A DNA stretch of 64,000 bases, taken from positions 43,488,201 to 43,552,200 of the forward strand of contig NC_081374.1 in assembly GCF_030684315.1 (NCBI RefSeq), read 5' to 3'. This DNA is from Stegostoma tigrinum (taxonomy: Eukaryota). This document shows, piece by piece, positions 53,890 to 64,000 of this stretch. Positions within the stretch are counted from its first letter, which is position 1. The number at the start of each line of letters is the position of its first letter. The notes beneath the pieces were generated by a model that worked only from the letters and a program-made list of their open reading frames with translations, was not told the DNA's origin and made no database searches. Made by a program: the position numbers and the translations under genes.

Positions 53890-55820
53890 TTGTGAAAAAT
53901 CACGCCTGACAAATTTATTACAGTTCTTTGAGACGATCATCAGATGTAATACATTTTGATTTCCAAAAGACATTCTATAAAAAGGTACTGCACATAAGAC
54001 TACTTAGTAACATAACAGCCCATGATGTTGTGGGTAATAAATCAGCATTGACAAAGGGTTGGCTAACCAACACAAGACAGAGCTTCTGTTTAAGCTTCCT
54101 GGATTAAGGAGGCATTTACAGGATTACAACCTGCAGCTAGCGGAGCGTCACATGGATCAGGGCTGAGCCACAATTATTTAAAATGTATACTAATAACTTG
54201 GATGACAGGATGAAGTGAATGCACTCTCATTAAGACTGGATGACAAAAATAGGTAGGAAGGCAAGCTATGATGATGACACAAGGAATAGATAAAAATAGG
54301 TAAATGAAAACTTGGCAAAGAGAATATAATGTGGGAAAATTTGAGGTTCTACACTTTGGAAAAGAACAAAACAAGAAGATCAATTTCATTTAAATGAGAA
54401 GGACTGCAGCAAGCTACAGCATAGAAGGATTTTGGAGTCATCGGACACGAATCACGAAAAGCTAGCTTCCACGTACAGAAGGCAATGGGAAAGGCAAACA
54501 GAATGTTTGCTTTTATTTCAAAAGACAATTGAGTGTAAAATTAGGGAGGTCTTGCTAAAATTACACGAGACATTCAATCACAGCTGGACTACTGTGCGCA
54601 GTTTTGATCCCCTTATCTGAGAAAAGACATACTGACATTGAAGGCAGTCCAGAATAGGTTCACATCACTTATCCTGGGTCTGAAAGAATTTTTTTTGAGA
54701 GGATAGGTTGACAATGTTGGGTTTGTACTCAGTGGAGTTTAGAAGAACGGAGAGGTGCTGTATGAATATGTAGAAAATTCTTCGGGGAACTTAACAAGGT
54801 AAATGCAGACTCTCTCACGGGGCATAGGTATCGCTAGTTAGCCAGCACTATTGGCCTTGAGACAACTGTATTGAGCTGCCTTCTTGAGCTGATGCAGCTT
54901 ATCTACTATAGGTAGGTCCACCATCCCTGTTAGGGAAGGAATTCCAGGATTTTGACTCAGCAAATGAATGAACAGTGATATGTTTCAAATTCAGGATGGG
55001 GAGTGGCATGGAGGGGATCGTGCAGGTAGCAGTATTCCCATTCATTTGTTGCCCTTGTCCTTCTTGATGGAAGTGGTCGTAGGTTTAGAAGGCGTGTCAG
55101 AGGATCTTAGCAAATTTCTGCAGTGCATCTTGTAGATTGGAAATATTGCTGCTACGAATGTTAGTGGTGAAGGGAGTGGAGATTTGCGGACGTGGCGCCA
55201 AACAAGCAGGACACTCAATCCTGGATGGTGTCAAGCTCGAGTATTGTTGGAGCGGCCCTCATCTAGGCAAGTAAGCAAGATTCCATCTCACTCCTGACGT
55301 ATGCCTTGTAAACGGTGGGCATACTTTGGGGAGTCAGGAGGTGAGTTACTCACTGAGTCCTAGCCTCTGCATTTATAGGAAGAGTAGAGTACAGTTGAGT
55401 TTCTGGCCAACTGTATGCCCTAGGATTTTGACGGTGGGGTACTCAATAGTAATCTCGTATTGGAAATGGTCATTGCCTGGTATTTGGTGTGGCACAAACG
55501 TTACTTGTTTTCCCTTATGACGGGATATAGAACCAGAGGCATAATCTCAAAAGAAGGCTTTGCCTATTTAAGACAGCCATGTGGAGGAATTTTCTTCTTC
55601 TGAGTTGGGAATCTGTGGAATTCTTTTCTAGAGGACTGTCAAACATCAGTCATTAAGCATATTCAAGGATAAGATAGCCAGTAAGGGAATCAAGGGTTCA
55701 CGAGGATGAGGCGAAGAAAGTCAAGTTGAGGATTATCAATCAACTGGCATTCTCACTGAATGGCAAAGTAGCCTCAAAAGGGCTGAAGAGCCCACAGCTG
55801 TTCGTATATCTTACAGTCTT
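53890..55820 (+). mobile_element. Old CR1 LINE split by an antisense LINE family 2 fragment (~54825-55515)
   Basis: RT remnants (ttttgatttccaaaagacatt, gactactgtgcgcagttttgatc) resume at 55520 (agaaccagaggcataatctc); the insert is homologous to the reverse complement of 21100-21720. Confidence 0.68.
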
Positions 55821-57533
55821 TGAAAGAAAACCTATAATCCTCTTCTCATCTGGCCAAAACAGCATGTGGCTGACAATCTCTAATAAACAAAAATTAGTAG
55901 CAATCCAAGCATCATATCAAGATCATACTTGAGCTTCCCACTCCAACTTAGTTTTCACAATTTGCATGGTGTCTCACAGACTAGTCAAGCATCTACAGAG
56001 ACAAAAAGATTTTGATCATGCTTTAAGTAAAATGCGATTCTTCTTCTCTGGCTTTTGAATTAAAATAGCCACACAGCATAAAACTGAATGCCAATTTTTT
56101 TGCACATACTACATACCACACACACCTCCAATCCAAAATTTCAGTCTATTCTTGCATGTACAAACATGGATGAGACAGTACTGACTGACATCTGAATATA
56201 GTCACACACTCAGCAATTAACTACCACACTATGCCATCATCACATGACTATGGCCTGCACAATTAGGAGGATACAGAAAGCAGCCAGAAGCAAAATGTTG
56301 ATCTCAAAAAAGTGCTCAGCAGATCTCACTGTTTTGCTCTCCACAAATGCAGAGTTAATGTTTCAACTTCAATAAAATGCTTGTGGAACTTGTCCAATAT
56401 GTTGAGTTACAAGTTATATTGGCTCAAAACATTAACTAATGTTCTCCTCTCTGCAGATGCAACCAGATTTGCTAAGTTTCTCCATCTCCGTTTTTAGATT
56501 GGACAGCTAGTTTGTCATGAATCTGAGAAGCCACAACATTAACCCAAAGGGACACAAAACTTCAACTGATTGCTGAGTTCAGAATTGACAAAGCCCCCAC
56601 TTTAAGACCAACTGGTGGAGCAATGGAGAAAACCAAATAGAGAATGTAATCAAATAATTGCCTCAGTTTTTGACCATGCAGTTAACTATTTCTCAAAATG
56701 TACAATAAATTTCAAGCAATAGTCTATTAGTAAAAATATAAAGAAGTGTTCTTGTGCAGCAGCAGCACCTTTGAAGTTTACATCCTACAAGTTACAAGGC
56801 ATGACCTGCATTATTATTACATGGGACCTTTGTTAAAATGGGAAGAATAAAACCAAGAAGCAATTAGCACAATTTATGAATCATGAAAGTGTTAACTTCT
56901 AGTCAACAAAACTCCTTTCCAACAAAAGTTGATTCATAAAAATTTCATTTTAAATTGAACTGAATATTTGAGATGCATGGGTCAATCAAAAAGATCTTCA
57001 GAATCTATGTGGCTGAAATTGCAAAATTTTCTGGAACTCCAAATGCTTTCAGCGTTGCAGGTCAACTAGTGCACCTGCTGGGCTGACATTCACATCCCAA
57101 AGATCTGTCTGGCGATCCAATAATACAGATTCCAGGGTTCAGCCTCCCTTGAAACAGGATCCACTCTCAGCATTATGAGACAATGTTCCTCCACAAACAG
57201 AATTAAAGGGTAGTTCAGCATGTGAATGTGGTCACCTTTTTGCAAATGACAGTAGTCTATGAAAATTTGCTGTAGAAATCAAGGTAATCACTAAACAAAT
57301 CACAGCCTTATGGTATTGGCTGTCTAACCTGGATTTAGACTTGGAATTCTGGAAGAGTCAATCTAATTGCATTTATTATGCAATTGCCACAATTCACTGG
57401 AGTTGCAACTGGAAAGATAAGCCCCGCTATTCCCAGAGTGATCACAAAAAATGACAAGATCTTTTTAAAAGTATGCAGAGTTTCCCAATACAATGGTCTA
57501 GGGACCCAGATTGATAAAGCATTAAACAAGACT

Positions 57534-57535
<2 letters not shown>

Positions 57536-57581
<46 letters not shown>
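57536..57581. repeat. (CA)n microsatellite
   Basis: About 22 perfect AC units. Confidence 0.97.
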
Positions 57582-57583
<2 letters not shown>

Positions 57584-58166
57584 TAACAGGTATTATGGAC
57601 TGAAGAAAAATTAGGAAAGCAGTTCAATTGTCCTTTTTCAAAGAGTGTTGAGACGGTGCTGTTGATCAGAATGTCACTTCTTCATCTTCCTTTTTCTGAA
57701 TGCTTTCACTGGTTTGTAAAAGGCATAGAGTGGCTGGTTCACTGATGAAAGTCTCTGACCTATCGAAAAAGTCAGCTATGACTGGTTTTCTTCAAGCTTA
57801 AAGCAGGTTTTATTGCAGAGAACAGAGACCTCCTGGGCTGGTGGTAGTCTGAATAACTTCTGCAAATCTTGGTCACAGCACCCAACTGTTCGGTTGCCTG
57901 AGAATCAATCACATAATGTTAAGAGGCAGGAGGCCGTTGTCATTGGTGACTGGTCACTCATCCTCAAACCAAATCGTCACTCACCAACCAATGCTCCATC
58001 TGCAGACAATCCCTCTGCTCCAGTTTCTCTGCAACCACTGCTAAAACCCACAGCCATGCAAAGTGTGTTCACAATGAGAATCAAGTTACTGGCATTCAAA
58101 CCATGCAGTAACTCCGATTTTAAAGCAGTTGTCATTTACAAAAGTGAAAGACACTATTTTTATACA

Positions 58167-58475
58167 ACAATGTGTGGAGCTGGAGGAACACAGCAGGCCA
58201 GGTGGCAGAGGAGCAGGAAAGCTGACTATTTTTCTGCTGTCTGCAAATTGGGATATACCAGTCCAAAGAAAAGAAAAACACAGTTGTAAGTGACAATCTT
58301 AAGCCATCCAGAAAAAAAAAGGGCAAAAAGGAAAAAAAAAAGGTTGACCTTCTAAAGAAGGGTCTAGGCCTGAAATGTCAGCTTTCCTGTTCCTCTGATG
58401 CTGCTTGACCTGCTGTGTTCCTCCAGCTCCACACATTGTTATTTCAGACTCCAGCATTGGCAGTTCCTTCTATCT
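58167..58475 (+). mobile_element. Short Penelope-family element carrying captured sequence, 13-bp TSD
   Basis: ctatttttataca at 58154-58166 and 58476-58488; inverted pseudo-LTR arm 58167-58226; 58227-58350 matches 16608-16737; forward pseudo-LTR plus tail 58351-58475. Confidence 0.88.
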
Positions 58476-58679
58476 CTATTTTTATACAGCTGTCTTATAG
58501 TTGGCTTGGCAAATGTACCTTTAAGCACCAGATCCATAATATATATATTTAAAGCTATCCACAAAACTTAATATATTTGCATGCCCTACTCAGAAATAAA
58601 TGAAATATGAAAGGAAACTTCCTCCATTGGTCACTAGCAGTCTAATGCATTGTTCTAAGGGGAATAATTATTTACTATG

Positions 58680-59210
58680 CACAATGAAACTTGGAAAGCT
58701 AGTCTATTTAGGATATGCTTGCTTTGGAAAACAGTTCAGAAAAGGCTTACTAGAATGATTCGTAGGAGGAATACTTTGCCTTTTGGGAAAGGTTGAGTAG
58801 GTTGTACCTATACTCACTGGCATTTAGAGGAATGAGAATTGATCTTACTGGAACAGATAATTTAGGCCCATGGCAGGACAGATGATAAGCTGATATTTCC
58901 CCTCATGGGGGAAATCTCGTGCTAGAGAAAATTTAAAAATAAGGACTCTTCTATTTAAGACCTAGATAAGTAGTAACTACTTTTGAGGGTTGTTAATGTT
59001 TGCAATTCTTTTCCAAGGACAGAGAAAGCTCGACAACTGAAATATATCACAGGCGAAGTACATTTTGGAACAGCGGCAGAATCGAGAGTGTCAGGCAAGA
59101 GAGTGGAACTAAGGCCAAAATCAGATCAGTCACAATTTTACTGAATAGCAAAGCTTGCTCAAATTGAGAAGAGGCCGATCGCTGGTCAGGTTTCTAATGA
59201 TTTTATGAAA
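58680..59210 (+). mobile_element. Old CR1 LINE 3' fragment
   Basis: tatactcactggcatttagaggaatgaga, tcagatcagtcacaat 3' UTR motifs. Confidence 0.65.
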
Positions 59211-59438
59211 CTAAAAAAGGTAATGAACAACTAATCAGAACAAATGGAGATCGAAAAACATGTGTCTCTACAAAATGCCATGCCACATTTTTTTCTCCCC
59301 TCCATTGTATTCATATCAAAAAAGGTAGACTGAGGCCCCACACCTGGAAAAACCGGAGACTGATTGTATTTACCAAAAATTCCTAAAGAACCAGGTTCAA
59401 AATGGTTCAGGCCAAGCAACATCTCAGGAGCACAAAAG

Positions 59439-59470
59439 CTGACATTTCGGGCCTAGACCCTTCATCAGAG
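59439..59470 (-). ncRNA. Minimal hammerhead-ribozyme-like motif, inverted-arm copy (sense to host pre-mRNA)
   Basis: Exact reverse complement of 62766-62797. Confidence 0.6.
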
Positions 59471-59607
59471 AGGGGGATGGGGTGAGGGTTCTGGAATAAA
59501 TAGGGAGAGAGGGGGAGGCGGACCGAAGATGGAGAGAAAAGATAGGTGGAGAGAGTATAGGTGGGGAGGTAGGGAGGGGATAGGTCAGTCCAGGGAAGAC
59601 GGACAGG

Positions 59608-61302
59608 TCAAGGAGGTGGGATGAGGTTAGTAGGTAGATGAGGGTGTGGCTTGGAGTGGGAGGAAGGGATGGATGAGAGGAAGAACAGGTTAGGGAGGCA
59701 GACTGGTTTTGGGATGCAGTGAGTGGAGGGGGAAGAGCTGGGCTGGTTGTGTGGTGCAGTGGGGGGAGGGGACGAATTGGACTGGTTTAGGGATGCGGTG
59801 GGGGAAGGGGAGATTTTGAAACTGGTGAAGTCCACTTTGATACCATTAGGCTGCAGGGTTCCCAGGAGGAATATGAGTTGCTGTTCCTGCAACCTTCGGG
59901 TGGCATCGTTGTGGCACTGCAGGAGGCCCATGATGGACATGTCATCTAAAGAATGGGAGGGGGAGTGGAAATGGTTTGCGACTGGGAGGTGCAGTTGTTT
60001 GTTGCAAACTGAGCGGAGGTGTTCTGCAAAGTGGTCCCCAAGCCTCCGCTTGGTTTCCCCAATGTAGAGGATGCCACACCGGGTACAGCGGATGCAGTAT
60101 ACCACATTGGCAGATGTGCAGGTGAACCTCTGCTTAATGTGGAATGTCATCTTGGGGCTTGGGATAGGGGTGAGGGAGGAGGTGTGGGGGCAAGTGTAGC
60201 ATTTCCTGCGGTTGCAGGGGAAGGTGCCGGGTGTGGTGGGGTTGGAGGGCAGTGTGGAGCGAACAAGGGAGTCACGGAGAGAGTGGTCTCTCCGGAAAGC
60301 AGACAGGGGTGGGGATGGAAAAAGGTCTTGGGTGGTGGGGTCGGATTGTAGATGGCGGAAGTGTCGGAGGATGATGCGTTGTATCTGGAGGTTGGTGGGG
60401 TGGTATGTGAGAACGAGGGGGATCCTCTTTGGGCGGCTGTGGCGGGGGCGGGGTGTGAGGGACGTGTTGCGGGAAATACGGGAGACGCGGTCAAGGGCGT
60501 TCTCAATCACTGTGGGGGGAAAGTTGCGGTCCTTGAAGAACTTGGACATCTGGGATGTGCGGGAGTGGAATGTCTTATCGTGGGAGCAGATGCGGCGGAG
60601 GCGGAGGAATTGGGAATAGGGGATGGAATTTTTGCAGAAGGGCGGGTGGGACGAGGTGTATTCTAGGTAGCTGTGGGAGTCGGTGGGCTTGAAATGGACA
60701 TCAGTTACAAGCTGGTTGCCTGAGATGGAGACTGAGAGGTCCAGGAAGGTGAGGGATGTGCTGGAGATGGCCCAGGTGAACTGAAGGTTGGGGTGGAAGG
60801 TGTTGGTGAAGTGGATGAACTGTTCGAGCTCCTCTGGGGAGCAAGAGGTGGCGCCGATACAGTCATCAATGTACCGGAGGAAGAGGTGGGGTTTGGGGCC
60901 TGTGTAGGTGCGGAAGAGGGACTGTTCCATTTGACCTACAAAGAGGCAGGCATAGCTTGGGCCCATGCGGGTACCCATGGCCACCCCCTTTGTCTGTAGG
61001 AAGTGGGAGGAGTCAAAAGAGAAGTTGTTGAGGGTGAGGACGAATTCGGCTAGGCGGATGAGGGTGTCGGTGGAGGGAGACTGGTCGGGCCTGCGGGACA
61101 GGAAGAAGCCGAGGGCCTTGAGGCCATCTGCATGCGGAATGCAGGTGTATAGGGACTGGACATCCATGGTGAAGATGAGGTGTTGGGGGCCAGGGAATTG
61201 GAAGTCCTGGAGGAGGTGGAGGGCGTGGGTGGTGTCATGGACGTAGGTAAGGAGTTCCTGGACCAAAGGGGAGAAAATGGAGTCCAGATAGGTGGAGATG
61301 AA
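59608..61302 (-). pseudogene. PLE reverse transcriptase + GIY-YIG endonuclease ORF, 5'-truncated but uninterrupted
   Basis: MDVQSLYTCIP, GVAMGTRMGPSYACLF, RYIDD, FLDL (RT motifs); CNRRKCYTC; VVYCIRCTRCGILYIGETKRRL..FAEH (GIY-YIG). RT followed by GIY-YIG defines PLEs. Confidence 0.93.
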
Positions 61303-61303
61303 A

Positions 61304-62546
61304 AGTCCCTCTTCCGCACCTACACAGGCCCCAAACCCCACCTCTTCCTCCGGTACATTGACGACTGTATCGGCGCCACCTCTTGCTCCCCAGAGGAGCT
61401 CGAACAGTTCATCCACTTCACCAACACCTTCCACCCCAACCTTCAGTTCACCTGGGCCATCTCCAGCACATCCCTCACCTTCCTGGACTTCTCAGTCGCC
61501 ATCTCAGGGAACCAGCTTGTAACTGATGTCCATTTCAAGCCCACCGACTCCCACAGCTACCTAGAATACACCTCCTCCCACCCACCCTCCTGCAAAAATT
61601 CCATCCCCTATTCCCAATTCCTCCGTCTCCGCCGCATCTGCTCCCACGATAAGACATTCCACTCCCGCACATCCCAGATGTCCAAGTTCTTCAAGAACCG
61701 CAACTTTCCCCTCACAGTGATCGAGAACGCCCTTGACCGCGTCTCCCGTATTTCCCGCAACACATCCCTCACACCCCGCCCCCGCCACAACCGCCCAAAA
61801 AGGATCCCCTCGTTCTCACACACCACCCCACCAACCTCCGGATACAACGCATCATCCTCCGACACTTCCGCCATCTACAATCCAACCCCACCACCCAAGA
61901 CATTTTTCCATCCCCACCCCTGTCTGCTTTCCGGAGAGACCGCTCTCTCCCTGACTCCTTTGTTCGCTCCACACTGCCCTCCAACCCCACCACACCCGGC
62001 ACCTTCCCCTGCAACCGCAGGAAATGCTACACTTGCCCCCACACCTCCTCCCTCACCCCTATCCCAGGCCCCAAGATGACATTCCACATTAAGCAGAGGT
62101 TCACCTGCACATCTGCCAATGTGGTATACTGCATCCACTGTACCCGGTGTGGCTTCCTCTACATTAGGGACACCAAGCGGAGGCTTGGGGACCGCTTTGC
62201 GGAACACCTCCGCTCAGTTCGCAACAAACAACTGCACCTCCCAGTCGCAAACCATTTCCACTCCCCCTCCCATTCTTTAGATGACATGTCCATCATGGGC
62301 CTCCTGCAGTGCCACAACGATGCCACCCGAAGGTTGCAGGAACAGCAACTCATATTCCTCCTGGGAACCCTGCAGCCTAATGGTATCAAAGTGGACTTCA
62401 CCAGTTTCAAAATCTCCCCTTCCCCCACCGCATCCCTAAACCAGCCCAGTTTGTCCCCTCCCCCCACTGCACCACACAACCAGCCCAGCTCTTCCCCTCC
62501 ACCCACTGCATCCCAAAGCCAGTCCAACCTGTCTCTGCCTCCCTAA
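61304..62546 (+). pseudogene. Second PLE RT/GIY-YIG copy, more truncated and frameshifted
   Basis: ORFs 61180..62079 and 62076..62546; 1-nt deletion in a C run near 61806; YIG mutated to YIR. Confidence 0.9.
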
Positions 62547-62765
62547 CCTGTTCTTCCTCTCACCCATCCCTTCCTCCCACCCCAAGCCACACCCCCATCT
62601 ACCTACGAACCTCATCCCACCTCCTTGACCTGTCCATCTTCCCTGGACTGACCTATCCCCTCCCTACCTCCCCACCTATACTCTCTCCACCTATCTTTTC
62701 TCGCCATCTTCGGTCCACCTCCCCCTCTCTCCCTATTTATTCCAGAACCCTCACCCCATCCCCCT

Positions 62766-62797
62766 CTCTGATGAAGGGTCTAGGCCCGAAATGTCAG
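62766..62797 (+). ncRNA. Minimal hammerhead-ribozyme-like motif in PLE pseudo-LTR
   Basis: CUGAUGA-A-GGGU-CUAG-GCCC-GAAA-UGUC: both conserved boxes around stem II. Other copies read GAAACGUY. Stem I is only about 2 bp (CU/AG), so activity as a monomer is doubtful. Confidence 0.6.
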
Positions 62798-64000
62798 CTT
62801 TTGTGCTCCTGAGATGTTGCTTGGCCTGCTGTGTTCATCCAGCCTCACATTTTGTTATCTTGGATTCTCCAGCATCTGCAGTTCCCATTATCTCAAAATG
62901 GTTCAAATCAGTTTTAAAATTTGCCTCCAACATACTTAATTCTAATAATCCCAGAAGCCATTCCAAAGTAAGTGATGTTCTAAAGGCAGGGAAATAAGCA
63001 TACAATTCCAGAAGTTACCTTTCCATTCTTATGTGCAAGGTTCTCAAATGGCTTGTTATCAATCAGATAAAAATAGGTAGAAAATGCCTTTCCAACTAAG
63101 CAGACCCATTTCAGAGAAGGAATCTACAACCTCAGCCAAGATTGGGCTCACCACATTGTTATGGCAACACATTAGAAAGAACTGAAAACTGGGAGCGCCT
63201 TCATAGACATTTCAATGGCCCACAAAAGCCAGTTGCTGAAGCTACTCAATATCACTCAACACTTAAGACTCAAAGATCTATCAACATCTAACAGTTAAAA
63301 CGTCCCACACTTGTTTTGGTGATAACATCAACTGAATGCAACAACAGTGCTCACAACCACGTTTCTTTTTTAAGAAAAAGGCCATCTACATAGCAGAATG
63401 TGCCCTGCACCAAATCCGAGAGGAGTTGTCAATAGTAGCAATACAACGGAGGACCCAAGTAGGATATGCACCAACTACCTGGACCTAACAGAATGTTATT
63501 TATTTACTGACCTTCCACCTCCTTCCTAATCCAGAGAAGATAACTGCATCAATAGTTAATCTAAAGTGTAACACGACCAGGAAAGAACTCAAGTTTATTT
63601 GTTGCAAAGGCATTTTACCCACGATCCCCATTCAAAATATCTAGTTGCTATCCTGGATAGTTTATCACCAGTCACATATCAACGCTGGCCACAAATCTTG
63701 TTTTTTTTTTGAAAAACAATGATCCAGAAACCTTGCTGGAATGTCATACAGGAAGCACAGTGAGAATCCTTCACAACTGCCGATGGCTTACTCTGTTACA
63801 GAATAGTGTCTTGTCAACTTTCAGCTACTCCACAAAAGATCATGAGCATGCATGCACCTGATTTTTCCGCTAAGTCTATTGAGGCTGAAATGTTTAAGGG
63901 GATGGGCACACTGGAGCTGTTGCTGGACTCAAGTTCAGCCATTGAACTGATTCTCAGACTTAACTTATGACAGGCTTTGTTCGTTATGCAAAAGTTGTAC

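Larger units (their letters stand above)
59410..62892. mobile_element. Penelope-like retroelement insertion: two 5'-truncated copies head-to-head, 13-bp TSD
   Basis: tcaaaatggttca at 59397-59409 and 62893-62905. Minus copy 59410-61302, plus copy 61304-62892; arms 59408-60923 and 61304-62828 are reverse complements. Confidence 0.93.

Noticed and set aside
57742-57775. Isolated CUGAUGA...GAAA hammerhead-like string
   Set aside because: Stem II is irregular and the flanks do not clearly match either hammerhead-bearing family; it may be chance or a very old remnant.
57813-58289. 158-aa ORF as a gene
   Set aside because: No recognisable motif, non-ATG start, and it runs through a TSD into the PLE mini-element.
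59608-61434. 608-aa ORF as a complete, active PLE protein
   Set aside because: The first ~44 aa are the antisense reading of the other arm and the RT N-terminus is missing. The conserved GIY-YIG arginine is changed (DHFAEH versus DRFAEH in the other copy).
59723-62527. Many overlapping ORFs in the PLE region as separate genes
   Set aside because: They are alternate-frame and antisense readings of GC-rich PLE sequence, duplicated by the inverted repeat.
63000-63900. Possible RTE-like LINE remnant
   Set aside because: Only faint similarity by eye and no translatable diagnostic motif; not supportable without a profile search.
32676-64000. ARID2-like exons 1-2
   Set aside because: Donor-like sites at ~42485, ~43232, ~63017 and ~63510 were examined, but none gave a peptide resembling the ARID helix region. 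The exons are probably beyond the window, though a scan by eye could miss them.
1-64000. CRISPR arrays, operons or other prokaryotic systems
   Set aside because: No regularly spaced repeats or dense gene packing; the sequence is vertebrate intron/exon DNA.

Overview
Eukaryotic, repeat-rich vertebrate DNA. HE1-type tRNA-derived SINEs and dense CR1-type LINE debris point to a cartilaginous fish, probably a shark (inference). The window lies inside one minus-strand host gene. I found four spliced coding exons (32578-32675, 4082-4215, 3608-3826, 49-116; 98, 134, 219 and 68 bp) with canonical AG/GT ends and compatible phases. They encode the end of an ARID domain and the following region of an ARID2 (BAF200)-like protein, corresponding to exons 3-6. 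The peptide is unusually divergent for ARID2 and may be a paralog. The introns hold CR1 and other LINE fragments, SINEs, Gypsy remnants, solo-LTR-like elements and a Penelope-like element (PLE) family. The most striking structure is a 3.5-kb head-to-head PLE insertion at 59410-62892, with ~1.5-kb inverted arms, a 13-bp target-site duplication (TSD) and hammerhead-ribozyme-like cores. Several 200-300 bp elements share the same TSD / inverted arm / tail architecture. One of them (58167-58475) carries a copy of non-PLE sequence also found 41.6 kb away in the same gene. Most ORFs in the supplied track are repeat-derived or chance ORFs. Repeat boundaries are approximate and were read by eye; comparisons to known proteins and repeat families are from memory, not database searches.
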